This document shows, one piece after another, positions 1 to 10,100 of a stretch of DNA of 64,000 bases. This stretch comes from Candidatus Eiseniibacteriota bacterium. Its GTDB lineage: Bacteria; Eisenbacteria; RBG-16-71-46; CAZAMP01. The DNA lies in assembly GCA_965224245.1 (NCBI GenBank), contig OZ245046.1, positions 3,904,001 through 3,968,000 on the forward strand, given 5' to 3'. The notes under the pieces are model-generated. The model ran no database searches, was not told the DNA's origin, and was given only the letters and a program-made list of their open reading frames with translations. Both the position numbers and the translations under genes were made by a program. Every line of letters begins with the position of its first letter. The stretch's first letter is position 1.

Positions 1-199
1 TGACGGTCGTCGCGACCTCGTCCGCCACGACGGCGTGTGCGTCGACGTCTCCCAGCCGGGCGGGGCGGTCCTCGAACGTGACCGCGCCATACGCCCAGAG
101 CGCGCGGAGGCGCGTGCCGAGAAGGTCGTTCAACCCGTCGCGCAGCGCGACGAGTGTCCGTCGCGGGCGCTCGGGCAGGGACTCCAGCGAGACGGCCAT
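1..199 (-). CDS. Nucleotidyltransferase-domain protein (Pol-beta superfamily, aminoglycoside adenylyltransferase-like), 5' part; runs off the window edge
   Basis: Not in the ORF track. Hand translation from ATG 199 gives MAVSLESLPERPRRTLVALRDGLNDLLGTRLRALWAYGAVTFEDRPARLGDVDAHAVV. LWAYGA...GDVD resembles the hG[GS]x9-13DhD NTase signature. Confidence 0.6.
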   Translation of the reverse strand, partial: MAVSLESLPERPRRTLVALRDGLNDLLGTRLRALWAYGAVTFEDRPARLGDVDAHAVVADEVATTV

Positions 200-265
200 G
201 CGCAGGCTCCCATCGAGGATGGCCGCATCACGCGCCTCGCGACGCGACCCGATCGATACGTGACA

Positions 266-1570
266 TCAGTCGTCCGGCACCGTCACGACGAGATCCCCCG
301 CGCGCGAGCCCGGGCGGACCGTCCACCCATCGACGAGCCGGATCGTCCAGCCGTCTCCCGAGAGCAACGTGTCCGCGACGGTCGCCGGCCCGGGCACCGT
401 CAGCGTGTTGCCGTCCAGGGACACGAGCACCTCGTCGGCCTCGAGGCGTCCCCAGTGGGCGGTCACGCGATAGCTCGGGTAGACCGTTCCGGCGTCGGGG
501 ATCGGTGTCACGCCGCTGGTGACGAACGACGCGCGACGGCCCCGCGGCATCGAGAGCACGGGGCCTTCCACGAACCGGCGCCGCAGCTCGGCCACGTGGC
601 GTTCGTGGGCCTCGGCGCGCGCGATCTCGGCCGCGCGGAGCGCGCCCACGTCGTAGCGATCCGCGGCCGCGTCGACGTCGGCCGACGGCGGGATGTCCGC
701 GGCGGTTCGAACCATCCGGCCGAGATCTCCGTCCACGGTCATCCGCCGTGTCCACCCCGGTGACCAGGCGTCGAGCAGGAGTCCGTACGCAGCCCCGGAC
801 GGGTACGCGAACGTCCGGACGACGCTCTCCTTCTCGGGCGCGCGTCGCAGCTGCTCGACCGCGTCGGCGATCGCGAGCTCGTGCGTGTCGGCCGCAGTCA
901 CGGTGCCCGTGTACTGCGCCAGTCCCTCGTTGATCTCGCTCGCCCGCTCGATCTCCGCCGATCCCGGAAACGCCCGGTGACGCGCGCTCCGGAACGCGAG
1001 CGCGTCAGCGACCGCCTCACGCCGGTCGTCTCCGTGCGACGCGAGAGCGCGGGTCAGCGCGCGCCACTCGAGCTGTATCCACACCCGACCGTCGAGGGTG
1101 TCGAGGTGGTCACACTCCCCTCTCGTCTTCGACACGTACAGTCCCAGCTCGGGCTGGACGCGATGGAAGAGCTCGTGCATGAACAGACGCCGGCGGGCCT
1201 GAGCGTCGTCGTGCGGGAGCATCGGCCACACGAACGTCGACCAGCGTACGCCACCCCACTCCATCGCGGCGTTGGCGTAGCCCAGCGACGGCGGCCGCGG
1301 CGCGTCGGGGACCGGCTCGCTGGTCGCGATGGTGGACGTGACGGGATCGGCCACGACCATCGGCCCGGCCAGGGAGATGCCCCACAGCCGGCCGCCCTCG
1401 CGCTCGCAGAGCGCGGCCACCTCGTCGAAGTAGGTTCCGGCCAGATCGGCGTCCACCTGCCCGGGTGCCGGCATCGCGCCCAGCATCGTCAGCAGCGCCG
1501 CACCGAGGATCATCGACGCCCGGTGGCGATCGCCGCGCGTCCTCTCGAGCCCACGATGGAGCGTGTGCAC
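266..1570 (-). CDS. Secreted gluzincin-like zinc metallopeptidase-motif protein
   Basis: GTG start with GGAGG RBS; signal peptide (ILGAALLTMLGAMPAPG); HELFH (HExxH) with downstream NEGLAQY as third ligand motif. Confidence 0.65.
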   Translation of the reverse strand: MHTLHRGLERTRGDRHRASMILGAALLTMLGAMPAPGQVDADLAGTYFDEVAALCEREGGRLWGISLAGPMVVADPVTSTIATSEPVPDAPRPPSLGYANAAMEWGGVRWSTFVWPMLPHDDAQARRRLFMHELFHRVQPELGLYVSKTRGECDHLDTLDGRVWIQLEWRALTRALASHGDDRREAVADALAFRSARHRAFPGSAEIERASEINEGLAQYTGTVTAADTHELAIADAVEQLRRAPEKESVVRTFAYPSGAAYGLLLDAWSPGWTRRMTVDGDLGRMVRTAADIPPSADVDAAADRYDVGALRAAEIARAEAHERHVAELRRRFVEGPVLSMPRGRRASFVTSGVTPIPDAGTVYPSYRVTAHWGRLEADEVLVSLDGNTLTVPGPATVADTLLSGDGWTIRLVDGWTVRPGSRAGDLVVTVPDD

Positions 1571-1574
1571 CGCG

Positions 1575-1661
1575 CTACCTCCGCGGTCGCGATGGTGGCG
1601 CGCCCAGCGCGGCGATCTCGTCGTGGTCCATCAGATTGAGCTTCCCGAACACGGCTGACAC
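1575..1661 (-). pseudogene. 28-codon ORF with strong RBS, probable truncated gene remnant
   Basis: GGAGG-N5-GTG start, MSAVFGKLNLMDHDEIAALGAPPSRPRR*. Resembles the 'lfkKLnlK...i.vlnAP' N-terminus of DUF3052-like proteins, then stops. Confidence 0.4.
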
Positions 1662-1670
1662 GATGGCCTC

Positions 1671-2132
1671 CTACGGGCTACGACGTGCCGCGAGAATGTC
1701 CTCGATGATCCGCACGTGATGGCGGTTGTGAATGCCCACGAACCGAAGCGCGCCGTCCCGATCCAGCGTGCCGAACACCGGATGCCGGAACCACGCCTGC
1801 TGGTCCAGGCGGACGGCGTCGGCCAGCTTCCGCTCGCAGTCGTCCAGGAGCGCCCCGAGCTCGACCGGCGTCACGTCCTCGCGGGGCAGGATCGACGCCG
1901 AGGCCTTGCCCTTTCCGCGCGGAATCCGTCCCGCGCGCAGGATCATCGACGGAACGAGCCCGATCTTCGACGGCGGCGGGGGTGGTTTCGACGCCCCGAG
2001 TGCGTCGCAGATCTGCGACATCGCACGGCCGCAGTGGTGAACGTGCATACCCACCGACCAGGCCGAGACGTCCGTCGCGACCACGTCCGCGTTTGCGACG
2101 GCGGCCCGGAGATCGGCGACGTGGACGTTCAC
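1671..2132 (-). CDS. DinB/DUF1569-like four-helix metalloprotein
   Basis: WSVGMHVHH near the N-terminus, HPVFG, and HNRHH near the C-terminus. GTG start overlaps the upstream stop (GTGA). Confidence 0.75.
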   Translation of the reverse strand: MNVHVADLRAAVANADVVATDVSAWSVGMHVHHCGRAMSQICDALGASKPPPPPSKIGLVPSMILRAGRIPRGKGKASASILPREDVTPVELGALLDDCERKLADAVRLDQQAWFRHPVFGTLDRDGALRFVGIHNRHHVRIIEDILAARRSP

Positions 2133-2566
2133 GACGTCAGCTCCTTGCCCATGCTGACGTGGTTCTCGATCGCGTATCCGAGCGCCCGGTAGAACCCGAC
2201 GACGTCCTGGTTGGTCGCGCGCACCTGCAGATTGAGCTTGGGGCACCCGAGCGCCCTCAGACGTGTCTCGATCTCGTCCATCAGGCGGCGGCCAATGCCG
2301 AGGCGACGGCGATCGGGGTGCACGGCCAGGTGATAGACCCAGCCGCGGAAGCCGTCGTAGCCACCGAGGGCGGTCGCGGCCACGCGGCCTCGTACGACGC
2401 CGACCAGAAACAGCTCGCGCTGGGTGCCGAGCTTCCGTCGAATCACCGCGGTCGGCTCGTTGCGCGGCGGGTCGTTCGGGAAGCACAGCCGCCACAGCGC
2501 GACCACCGCGTCGGCGTCGGCTTCTCGGAACGGGCGGATGTCGAGATCGTCTGCGTCCACGCGCAC
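2129..2566 (-). CDS. GNAT family acetyltransferase (YpeA-like)
   Basis: GYDGFRGWVYHLAVHPDRRRLGIG (motif A), GCPKLNLQVR, N...FYRALGY. Confidence 0.9.
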   Translation of the reverse strand: MRVDADDLDIRPFREADADAVVALWRLCFPNDPPRNEPTAVIRRKLGTQRELFLVGVVRGRVAATALGGYDGFRGWVYHLAVHPDRRRLGIGRRLMDEIETRLRALGCPKLNLQVRATNQDVVGFYRALGYAIENHVSMGKELTS

Positions 2567-2640
2567 CCCCGGATTCGCCGTCCCCGAGCCGGATCGACCG
2601 GATCGAGCGCGGCGAGATCATATCGCCACAACTCACGAAG

Positions 2641-2653
2641 AATCAATGTATTA
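2641..2653 (+). promoter_or_regulatory. IHF consensus site
   Basis: AATCAAtgtaTTA matches WATCAANNNNTTR exactly, in an AT-rich patch upstream of the GNAT operon. Confidence 0.4.
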
Positions 2654-2660
2654 GCAGCTC

Positions 2661-5600
2661 TCACGGACCGTCGTCGCGGAGCAGCACATCCCGAACACCT
2701 CGCACCGCCGACGCGAGCGCCGACGCGGGCATCACCCCGAGGCTCTCGGCCAGGACCTCGGCCTCGGCCAGCGCCTCGTGCGCGGCGCCGATCTCGCCAC
2801 GTGCCCGGCGCACCTCGGCGAGCTCACAGAGCGCCAGCCCCAGCCGATGTGTGTCGCCCTCGCTCCGCCGCATGATCTCGATGCCCGTCTCGACGCTGGC
2901 GTGTGCCTCGTCGAGCCGGCCCTCCAGACGATCGACTCCCCCGAGTCCGACCCGGATCGGTCCCTCTCCCATGCGCCAGTCGGTCTCCCGGCAGATCGCG
3001 AGGGCGTCGTCGAACGCGGATCTGGCATCCGCGAGGCGTCCCTGATCACGATGAACGCCGCCGAGCGCGGTGAGCGCGTACGCCTCCTGACTGCGAGGGC
3101 CCACGTCTCGATGGATGGCCAGCGACTTCTCGTACCGCCTCCGCGCGGCGTCGGTGTTGCCTCGACCCTGCTCGACGTGCCCGAGGTAGCTCTGCACCAG
3201 CCCCTCGCCCGAGCGGTTCTCGATCTCCCGGACGAGCTGCAGCGCGGCGTCGAGATGACGCTCCGCCTCGTCGAAGCGGCCCTGATTCGCGTGCAGGAGC
3301 CCGAGCGCCGTGAGGGCGTGTCCTTCTCCGCTCCTCGAGCCGACCTCCCTCGCGATCACCCGCGCGCGCTCCAGTCCATCCCGGGCGCGCTCCATCGCTC
3401 CACTCTGGAGGTACAGCGCCCCCAGCGAGCAGAGCATCGTTCCTTCGCGGGCGCGATCGCCCGCCTCGCGGAACAGCTCGATCGCCGCCTCGTAGTGTCG
3501 TCTGGCCTGCGCGTAGCGCCCGGCGTTGTAGTGCACCGCACCGAGACCGAAGTGCGCGAAGCCCTGCATGCGCCGGTTGCCGGTCTCGCGAAGCACCCCG
3601 AGCGCGGCCTCGAAGTGCTCGAGCGACTCGTCGCCCCGGCCCAGTCGCCAGTAGACGAAGCCGAGCCCCGAGAGCGAGTAGCCTTCGCCGTCCCGATCCC
3701 CGACCTCGCGATAGGCGTCGAGCGCGGCGCCGTGGAGCTCGAGCGCCCGCGGCTCGTCCCCGTTCACCGACGTCACGTCGCCGAGATCGTTCAGGACCTT
3801 CGCCTCGTCGTGCCGCTCGCCCAGCGCGCGATAGGCCTCGAGGGCGATCTCGCCCTGCCGTTGCGCCTCGGCCCAGCGACCGGCCGCCGCCGCCGCGACC
3901 CCGAGGTAGCGCTGCACTCGCGCACGATCGCGTGCGAACTCGCGGCCGGCGAGATCCGGGGCCGCGAGCATCTCGTGCGCGAGATCGATGGCGAGGTCGA
4001 CGGGACCGGTGCGCCTCAGCACGGCCATCGCGACCGCGAACGCGCGGGTCGCGGTTCCGACGTCTCCCCGGGCCATCGAGCGGCGGCAGGCCGCGATCAG
4101 GTTGCCGAGCTCGCGGCTGAGCCGGTCGATGCCGCCGGCTCGATTGAGGTCGCGCATCACGTCGGCCGTGTCCATGGTCGCGAAGTGGCGTGCGTGCCGC
4201 GCTTCGACCTCGACGACCGGAGGCACGCCATCGGCCCGAGCGGTGTCCAGCGCTCGTCGCGCGTAGGCATGCACCGTCGTATAGGTGTCGAACCGCGGAG
4301 CGCCGGCGACGACGCGCGCCCTGAGCCAGCTCTTGTCCACCAGCGACTGGAGCACGTCGATGACGGGAGCAGTGCGTTCGGGAACGTCGACGACGGCCTC
4401 GGCGGCCTCGAGCCGGAAGCCCCCCTCGAACACCGACGTCTGCGAGACGACCGACCGCTCGGTCGGGGTCAGGAGGTCCCACGACCAGTCGAGCGCCGCC
4501 ATCAGCGTCTCGTGCCGTCCGCGCCGGCCGCCGACGAGAACCCGCAGGCGATCCTGAATGCGATCGTGAAGCTGCTCCAGGCTCAGCATCCGGAGCCGCG
4601 CCGCCGCCAGCTCGATCGCCAGCGGCAGCCCCTCCAGCGTGGCCACGATCTCCTCGATGAGCGGTCGCGCGGCCGCGTCCACCCGGAAGAGCGGCCGTCC
4701 GGCCCGAGCGCGGGCCACGAACAGCTCGACCGCCTCGGTGCCCGGATCCAGCGGCTCGACCTCCAGCGGGGTCTCGGCCGGGATGCGAAGTCGCTCCTGG
4801 CTCGTCACCAGAACGCGCACCTCGGGCGCCGTCGCGAGCCACGCATCGAGAACCGGGTGCAGGTGCGAGACGACCTGCTCGACGCTGTCGAGAACGAGGA
4901 GACACCGCCCGCGTCCCGCGATCGCGTGACCGAGTCGCATCGCGGGGTCGGCCCCGCCGATCGCGACGCCGAGCGACCGGGCCGCGATCGCCAGGATGTC
5001 GGCCGGGTCACGGGCCTCTGTCAGATCGCACCACCAGGCGCCACCGGGCCAGCGCTCGAGGTGGCGCCGGGCGTAGTGGGTGGCCAGACGCGTCTTGCCG
5101 ACGCCGGCGGGCCCGACCAGCGTGACGAGCACCGACGAGGCCGAGTCGCGTTCCAGCTGCTCGGTCAGGCGCTCGATCATGACGGCACGCCCCACGAACG
5201 CGTCGTGCTCGGCCGGGAGCGCGTGACGCGGGGTCACGACCGGCTCGGCGCCGGCGCGTCCCTCGAGCGCCCGGAACGCCGCTCGGGCGGTCGCGTAGCG
5301 ATCGGCCGGCTCCCGTTCCAGGAGACGGAGGATCACCGGATCCCAGCCCGGATCCAGCCTCGCGAGCCGGCTCGGCACAGGCGGTGTCTCATGCAGACGC
5401 GCACGCGCGACCTCGAGCGGGGTGTCGCCGTCGAACGGACGGCGTCCGGTGAGCGCCTCGTACAGAACGACGCCAAGCGAGTAGAGATCGCTGGCCGGGC
5501 CGAGCGCATGTCCCAGCACCTGCTCGGGCGACATGTAGGCCGGCGTCCCCGCGGTGGGCTCGGCGCTCGGCCGGGGCGCGGCATCGGACGCCCCCGCCAC

Positions 5601-6335
5601 CCGACGCGGTAGCGCGAGTCCGAAGTCGGTGATCACCGGCCGCACGCCACCCGGAGACGGCACCAGCATGACGTTTGCGCTCTTCACGTCCCGGTGCACG
5701 ATGCCCGCCGCGTGCGCGGAGTCGAGCGCGTCGGCCAGCTGAGCGAACAGCGTCCGGGCGTCCTCGGGCGTCAGCGGGCCCTCGGCACGGAGCCGGGCCT
5801 CGAGCGTCTCGCCCGGCAGCAGCTCCATCGTCAGGAACGACAGCTCGCGCTCGGTGTCGCGTCCGAAGTCGAAGATGCGGCAGACGTTCGGATGCGTGAC
5901 CGACCGGGCCGAGAGCACCTCCTGCTTCAGACGCTGGAGGGATGCCGGCGCCGCCGCGAAGTCGCGCCGGATCACCTTCAGCGCCACCGGCGCGTCCAGA
6001 TCCTGATCGGTCGCGCGGTACACCTCCCCCATGCCCCCGCGATCGATGAACGCTTCGATGCGATACCGGTCGCCGAGACGCTCACCCGGGGACAGCGACG
6101 GCGCGGCGTCGTCCTCCCGGCCGAGTGCGGCCTCGATCCCCGCGGCGAGCGAGAGGCCCGCCCCGGAGTCGGCCGTGGACTCGCCTGCGTCGAACGCGAG
6201 CCACGCCTCGACCTCGGCCCGGAGCTCGGCGTCGTCGCTCGCGTGCTCGAGGAGGTAGCCGCCGCGGGCCCGCGATTCCAGGTCGGCCACCGCGAGATAG
6301 AGGGCCTTGGCCCTGGCGAAGCGCTGTCGGTCCAT
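2661..6335 (-). CDS. Ser/Thr protein kinase - STAND (NB-ARC/AP-type) ATPase - TPR protein
   Basis: Kinase motifs GGMGEVY, VALK, HRDVKSAN, DFG, YMSPE. Walker A GPAGVGKT, Walker B LLVLD, GLPLAIELAA. About 10 C-terminal TPRs; no TM segment. ATG overlaps the ECF stop (TGATG). Confidence 0.9.
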   Translation of the reverse strand: MDRQRFARAKALYLAVADLESRARGGYLLEHASDDAELRAEVEAWLAFDAGESTADSGAGLSLAAGIEAALGREDDAAPSLSPGERLGDRYRIEAFIDRGGMGEVYRATDQDLDAPVALKVIRRDFAAAPASLQRLKQEVLSARSVTHPNVCRIFDFGRDTERELSFLTMELLPGETLEARLRAEGPLTPEDARTLFAQLADALDSAHAAGIVHRDVKSANVMLVPSPGGVRPVITDFGLALPRRVAGASDAAPRPSAEPTAGTPAYMSPEQVLGHALGPASDLYSLGVVLYEALTGRRPFDGDTPLEVARARLHETPPVPSRLARLDPGWDPVILRLLEREPADRYATARAAFRALEGRAGAEPVVTPRHALPAEHDAFVGRAVMIERLTEQLERDSASSVLVTLVGPAGVGKTRLATHYARRHLERWPGGAWWCDLTEARDPADILAIAARSLGVAIGGADPAMRLGHAIAGRGRCLLVLDSVEQVVSHLHPVLDAWLATAPEVRVLVTSQERLRIPAETPLEVEPLDPGTEAVELFVARARAGRPLFRVDAAARPLIEEIVATLEGLPLAIELAAARLRMLSLEQLHDRIQDRLRVLVGGRRGRHETLMAALDWSWDLLTPTERSVVSQTSVFEGGFRLEAAEAVVDVPERTAPVIDVLQSLVDKSWLRARVVAGAPRFDTYTTVHAYARRALDTARADGVPPVVEVEARHARHFATMDTADVMRDLNRAGGIDRLSRELGNLIAACRRSMARGDVGTATRAFAVAMAVLRRTGPVDLAIDLAHEMLAAPDLAGREFARDRARVQRYLGVAAAAAGRWAEAQRQGEIALEAYRALGERHDEAKVLNDLGDVTSVNGDEPRALELHGAALDAYREVGDRDGEGYSLSGLGFVYWRLGRGDESLEHFEAALGVLRETGNRRMQGFAHFGLGAVHYNAGRYAQARRHYEAAIELFREAGDRAREGTMLCSLGALYLQSGAMERARDGLERARVIAREVGSRSGEGHALTALGLLHANQGRFDEAERHLDAALQLVREIENRSGEGLVQSYLGHVEQGRGNTDAARRRYEKSLAIHRDVGPRSQEAYALTALGGVHRDQGRLADARSAFDDALAICRETDWRMGEGPIRVGLGGVDRLEGRLDEAHASVETGIEIMRRSEGDTHRLGLALCELAEVRRARGEIGAAHEALAEAEVLAESLGVMPASALASAVRGVRDVLLRDDGP

Positions 6336-6928
6336 CAGCTCGCGTCGCTCGTGAGGCGCCGGAGGAGCCACGAGCGGGCCACGCGCCAGTCGCGCTGCAC
6401 CGTGCGGCGGGTCACGCCGAGCTCGGTGGCGATCTCGTCCATCGACAGCCCGCCGAAGAAGCGCAGCTCGACCACCCGCGCCATCCGGGGATCGAGCGAC
6501 TCCAGCTCCCCGAGCGCCCGCTCCAGATCCACGAGCTCGACGTCCACGTCGCCGCTGTCGGCCGCGAGGCCCGAGAGCGTGACCTGCCGCCGATCTCCGC
6601 CACGCTTTCGCGCCCCCTTCGCGCGGACGTGATCGATCAGGACCTGGCGCATCGCGTTCGACGCGATGGCGAGGAACACGCTACGGCTCCTGGCCGGAGG
6701 CGAGGCCGCCCCCATCATCTTCAGGTAGGTCTCGTGCACGAGATCGGTGGCGCTCCAGGACGCGTGGACGTTCCCGCGCATCCGACGTGCCGCGCGGACC
6801 TGGAGCTCGGCGTGGACCGCGGCGAACACGCGCTCGGCGGCCGCACGATCGTCCGGCGCGGCGGTGACGCGCGCCAGCAGCTCGGGCACGTCCGGGGTCT
6901 CGGGGCCGGGGGGCGGCAGATCGGGCAC
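6335..6928 (-). CDS. ECF sigma factor, kinase-associated (TIGR02999-like) type
   Basis: SATDLVHETYLKM, AMRQVLIDHVRAKGARKRGG, VVELRFFGGLS, TVQRDWRVARSWL. GTG start with GGAG RBS. Confidence 0.9.
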   Translation of the reverse strand: MPDLPPPGPETPDVPELLARVTAAPDDRAAAERVFAAVHAELQVRAARRMRGNVHASWSATDLVHETYLKMMGAASPPARSRSVFLAIASNAMRQVLIDHVRAKGARKRGGDRRQVTLSGLAADSGDVDVELVDLERALGELESLDPRMARVVELRFFGGLSMDEIATELGVTRRTVQRDWRVARSWLLRRLTSDAS

Positions 6929-7041
6929 AGTCCTAACTCCTTGCCATGAAACGATATCATAGTCCGATTGGCCCTCCCGGGCAACGGACCTCGCCCCTGG
7001 CGGGGGCATCACCGCTCCGATGTCGGACCTGAGCCGCCGCA

Positions 7042-7068
7042 TGTCACAGCGCGTGGACGGATTTCGTA
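7042..7068 (+). promoter_or_regulatory. Putative ECF-type promoter for the downstream metalloprotease gene
   Basis: TGTCACA-N16-CGTA, about 120 bp upstream of the 7191 start, in the divergent gap next to an ECF gene. Confidence 0.5.
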
Positions 7069-7190
7069 CTCCAGTGTAGCCCGCCCGATCGGCCCGCGAG
7101 ACGCGGGTCGGCACTTCGAACGACAACCAATTGTGTCGGCCCCGGCCGGGTCCGATCCGGGACCGACGCGGACCCTGGGAGATGCTCACG

Positions 7191-10100
7191 ATGAACGACC
7201 GATGCCACCGAGCCCACCCGATGCCCCGCGCCCTGCGCGTGGGGGGCATGCTCCTCGTCTGCACCCTGGCGGCGCTCGCCACACCGTCGATCGCGTCCGC
7301 CTTTCCTCGCGTCGTCCCGTCCCCGCGGATCGTGGCGGCCGGTGACGACGTCGAGCTCACGCTGATCGGCTTCGGCGCCGGCGTCGACGTCACGATCACG
7401 CTGGACGACCAGAACCCGGTCGTGTACTCGATCCCGGGCGGGGGACCGGCCACGATGACGTACTCGGTCCCGGAGACCTTCGACTACGGGACGTTCGAGC
7501 TCGGCGTGTGCGAGACGTGCACGCTCGGCTTCGAGGAGCAGTCGGCCCGGGCGCGCCTGACCGTGATCAGCGGCGAGCTCACGTCGAGTGCATTCGACGT
7601 GCAGGTGCGCGGGATCGAGGTCACCCAGGGCGTCCGGCAGGACATCCCCACCCGATCACTCCGGGGAGGCAGCTTCATCCTGATTCCCGAGACGACCGTG
7701 CACGTCGCGAACCGGCGCACCGTCGTCCGCGTGTACCCGGACTTCGACATGGGACCGTCCGGACCGAGTGACGTCGTGCTCGACGCGATGCTCACGGTGT
7801 CCGACGGTACGACGGTGCTGGGCACCCTGTCCCAGACCCGGACGATCTCGGTCCGGCGCACGCTGACCGACCGGCGATCGTCGCCCCAGCACGCGTTTCA
7901 GTTCACGCTCCCCCGGGAGTGGGTCGATCTTCCGAGCGGAACGCCGGGTCACGTGCTCTCCCTCGACGCATCGTTCTCGTCGGCCGCCGAGGCCCCCGGC
8001 TTCGACACCAACAACGGCGCGTCACTGCCCGGCGTCGACTTCGCGCACGTCGAGGGTCTGCCCGGCGGATCGTACGGGTCGGCGTTTCGCGTCCGGCCGC
8101 ACTTCATCACGCGCATCACCGACGACGGCACCTACTTCGCCAACCCGTTCGAGATGCTGCCCGACGCGCTCGGGAACATGCTCGAGCACATGCCGCTGGC
8201 CGAGGGACGTCAGGGCATTCGGCTCTGGGGGATGCGCTTCGGAACGTTCTACGGGGACACGGATCTGGATGGCGTCGATCTGTTCAACGGCTGGGCGGTC
8301 CCGCGCTATCTGCCGGGCGGCTCGATGTGGGGACATCCCGACAACACCTACTTCGGGATGCTGTTCACGCCGGCCATCTGCGCCGGAAAGGCGTGGGTGA
8401 ACTCGGCCTACTTTCAAGCGTACGCGTGCGAGAGCCCTTTTGTCGTCGTGGCGCATGAGATCACGCATGCGATCGGCAGTGAGCACGCTGGCAACGGGCA
8501 CGGCGAGCTCGAGGGCGGCGGGTTCGACCCGAGCTACCCGGGCGTGCACGGACAGGTCGAGGCGGACGCGTTCGGCTACAACGTCTATCGTGGACTCGCC
8601 TATCCGCCCACGACGGGGAACGCTCCGGAGTACGTCAGACACGATTACATGTCCTACGGTCCAGACGCGTTCATCTCCGCGTACACGTGGAACCGCGTGG
8701 CGGCCAATCTCGAGAGCGGCAGCGTCGGCGTGAGCCGCGAGTGGGCCTCGCCGGAGGATCGAGGTCTCGAGGACTGGCGCGTCTTCGCGGGCCATCTCAA
8801 CACGAGCACGTTCGAGCTCACGATCGGTCCTCTGTACCAGACCGTCCCGCCGTCGGGGTTCGATCCGCAGGACGGAGACTACGTCGTCCGCTTCTACGAT
8901 GCGTTCGACGACCTCGTCGGTGAGGCGCCGGTCCTCGGCGGCGAGGTGCAGGACGATCTCGACGGAGGTGACTGGATCTTCATCGCGACGCCGATCCGGG
9001 TGCCGGCCGGCTGGTCGACGATGACGTTCGGCCCCGCCGGCGAGGAGGTGTGGGAGGCCCTCGCCCGCTCCAACACCCCGCCCACGGTCGAGATGCTGAG
9101 CCCCATGAACGGCTTCGCGTGGCCCCAATCCGGCGAGGTGATGGTCTCCTGGAGCGGCTTCGACGCCGACGGCGACGATCTCTTCTATCGCGTGCTCGGC
9201 ATCCGCGAGGACTCCGACGGGATCGCCGGAGACCCGCTCGTGCTCGCCAGCGACGAGATGGGCAACGACGTCATGCTCGATCTCGACGAGCTGCCCGGCG
9301 GCGGCAACTGGACGATCTACGTCGAGGTCAGCGACGGGTTCGACTCGGGCCTCTCGGAGCCCGCTTCGGGCCAGGCGGTCGACAAGCCACCGCTCGTCGT
9401 GGTCGTGAGCCCGCGCGACGGCTCGGCGTATCCGAGCGATCGACCGCTCGCGGCCACCGCCGCGTTCGGGGATCTCCAGATGTCGGATCAGGATCTCGAA
9501 GAGACCCTGGTCGAGTGGTCGCTCGACGGTGGCTTCGTGGGCGAGGGCGACACGATCGAGCTCGACCTGGCGCCGGGGCTCTACCTGCTCGAGGCGACGG
9601 TGACGAACGTCTCGGGACTGACCGGATCCCATGCGGTCACGTTCGACGTCATCGACGAGCTGCCGATCCCCGAGCTCGTGAGCCCGGCCGACGGCGCGAC
9701 CGGCGTTCCGACCCCGACGCTCCTGGAGTGGAACGAGGTACCGGGCGGGTTCGCCTATCGAGTAGAGGTGGCGTCCGAGCCGACGTTCGACGATCCCCTG
9801 GTGATCGCCGGACCGCTCTTCGACACGAGCGACGCCTTCGACTCCGAGCCGGGTCAGACCTACTACTGGCGGGTCGCGACCGAGGGACAGAACGACGCGT
9901 CGGCGTGGTCGGACGTGTGGTCGTTCACGACGTCGGAGCCGCTGGCGGCGAACGAGGCTCCGGGTGTACGCGAGCTCGGGCTGGCCCTGTATCCGAACCC
10001 GTTCAATCCGACGACCCGGGTCGTGTTCAGCGTGCCGGCGTCGGCGCAGGTGACGGTGGAGGTCTTCGACGCGCGGGGCACGCGGGTGCGCACCCTGGCC

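Noticed and set aside
2778-5612. Long antisense or alternative-frame ORFs (e.g. 2778-5612, 8022-10340, 13660-15936, 43561-46344)
   Set aside because: They are shadows of real genes in GC-rich DNA with few stop codons: Arg/Gly/Ala-rich, no motifs, and opposite well-supported CDSs.
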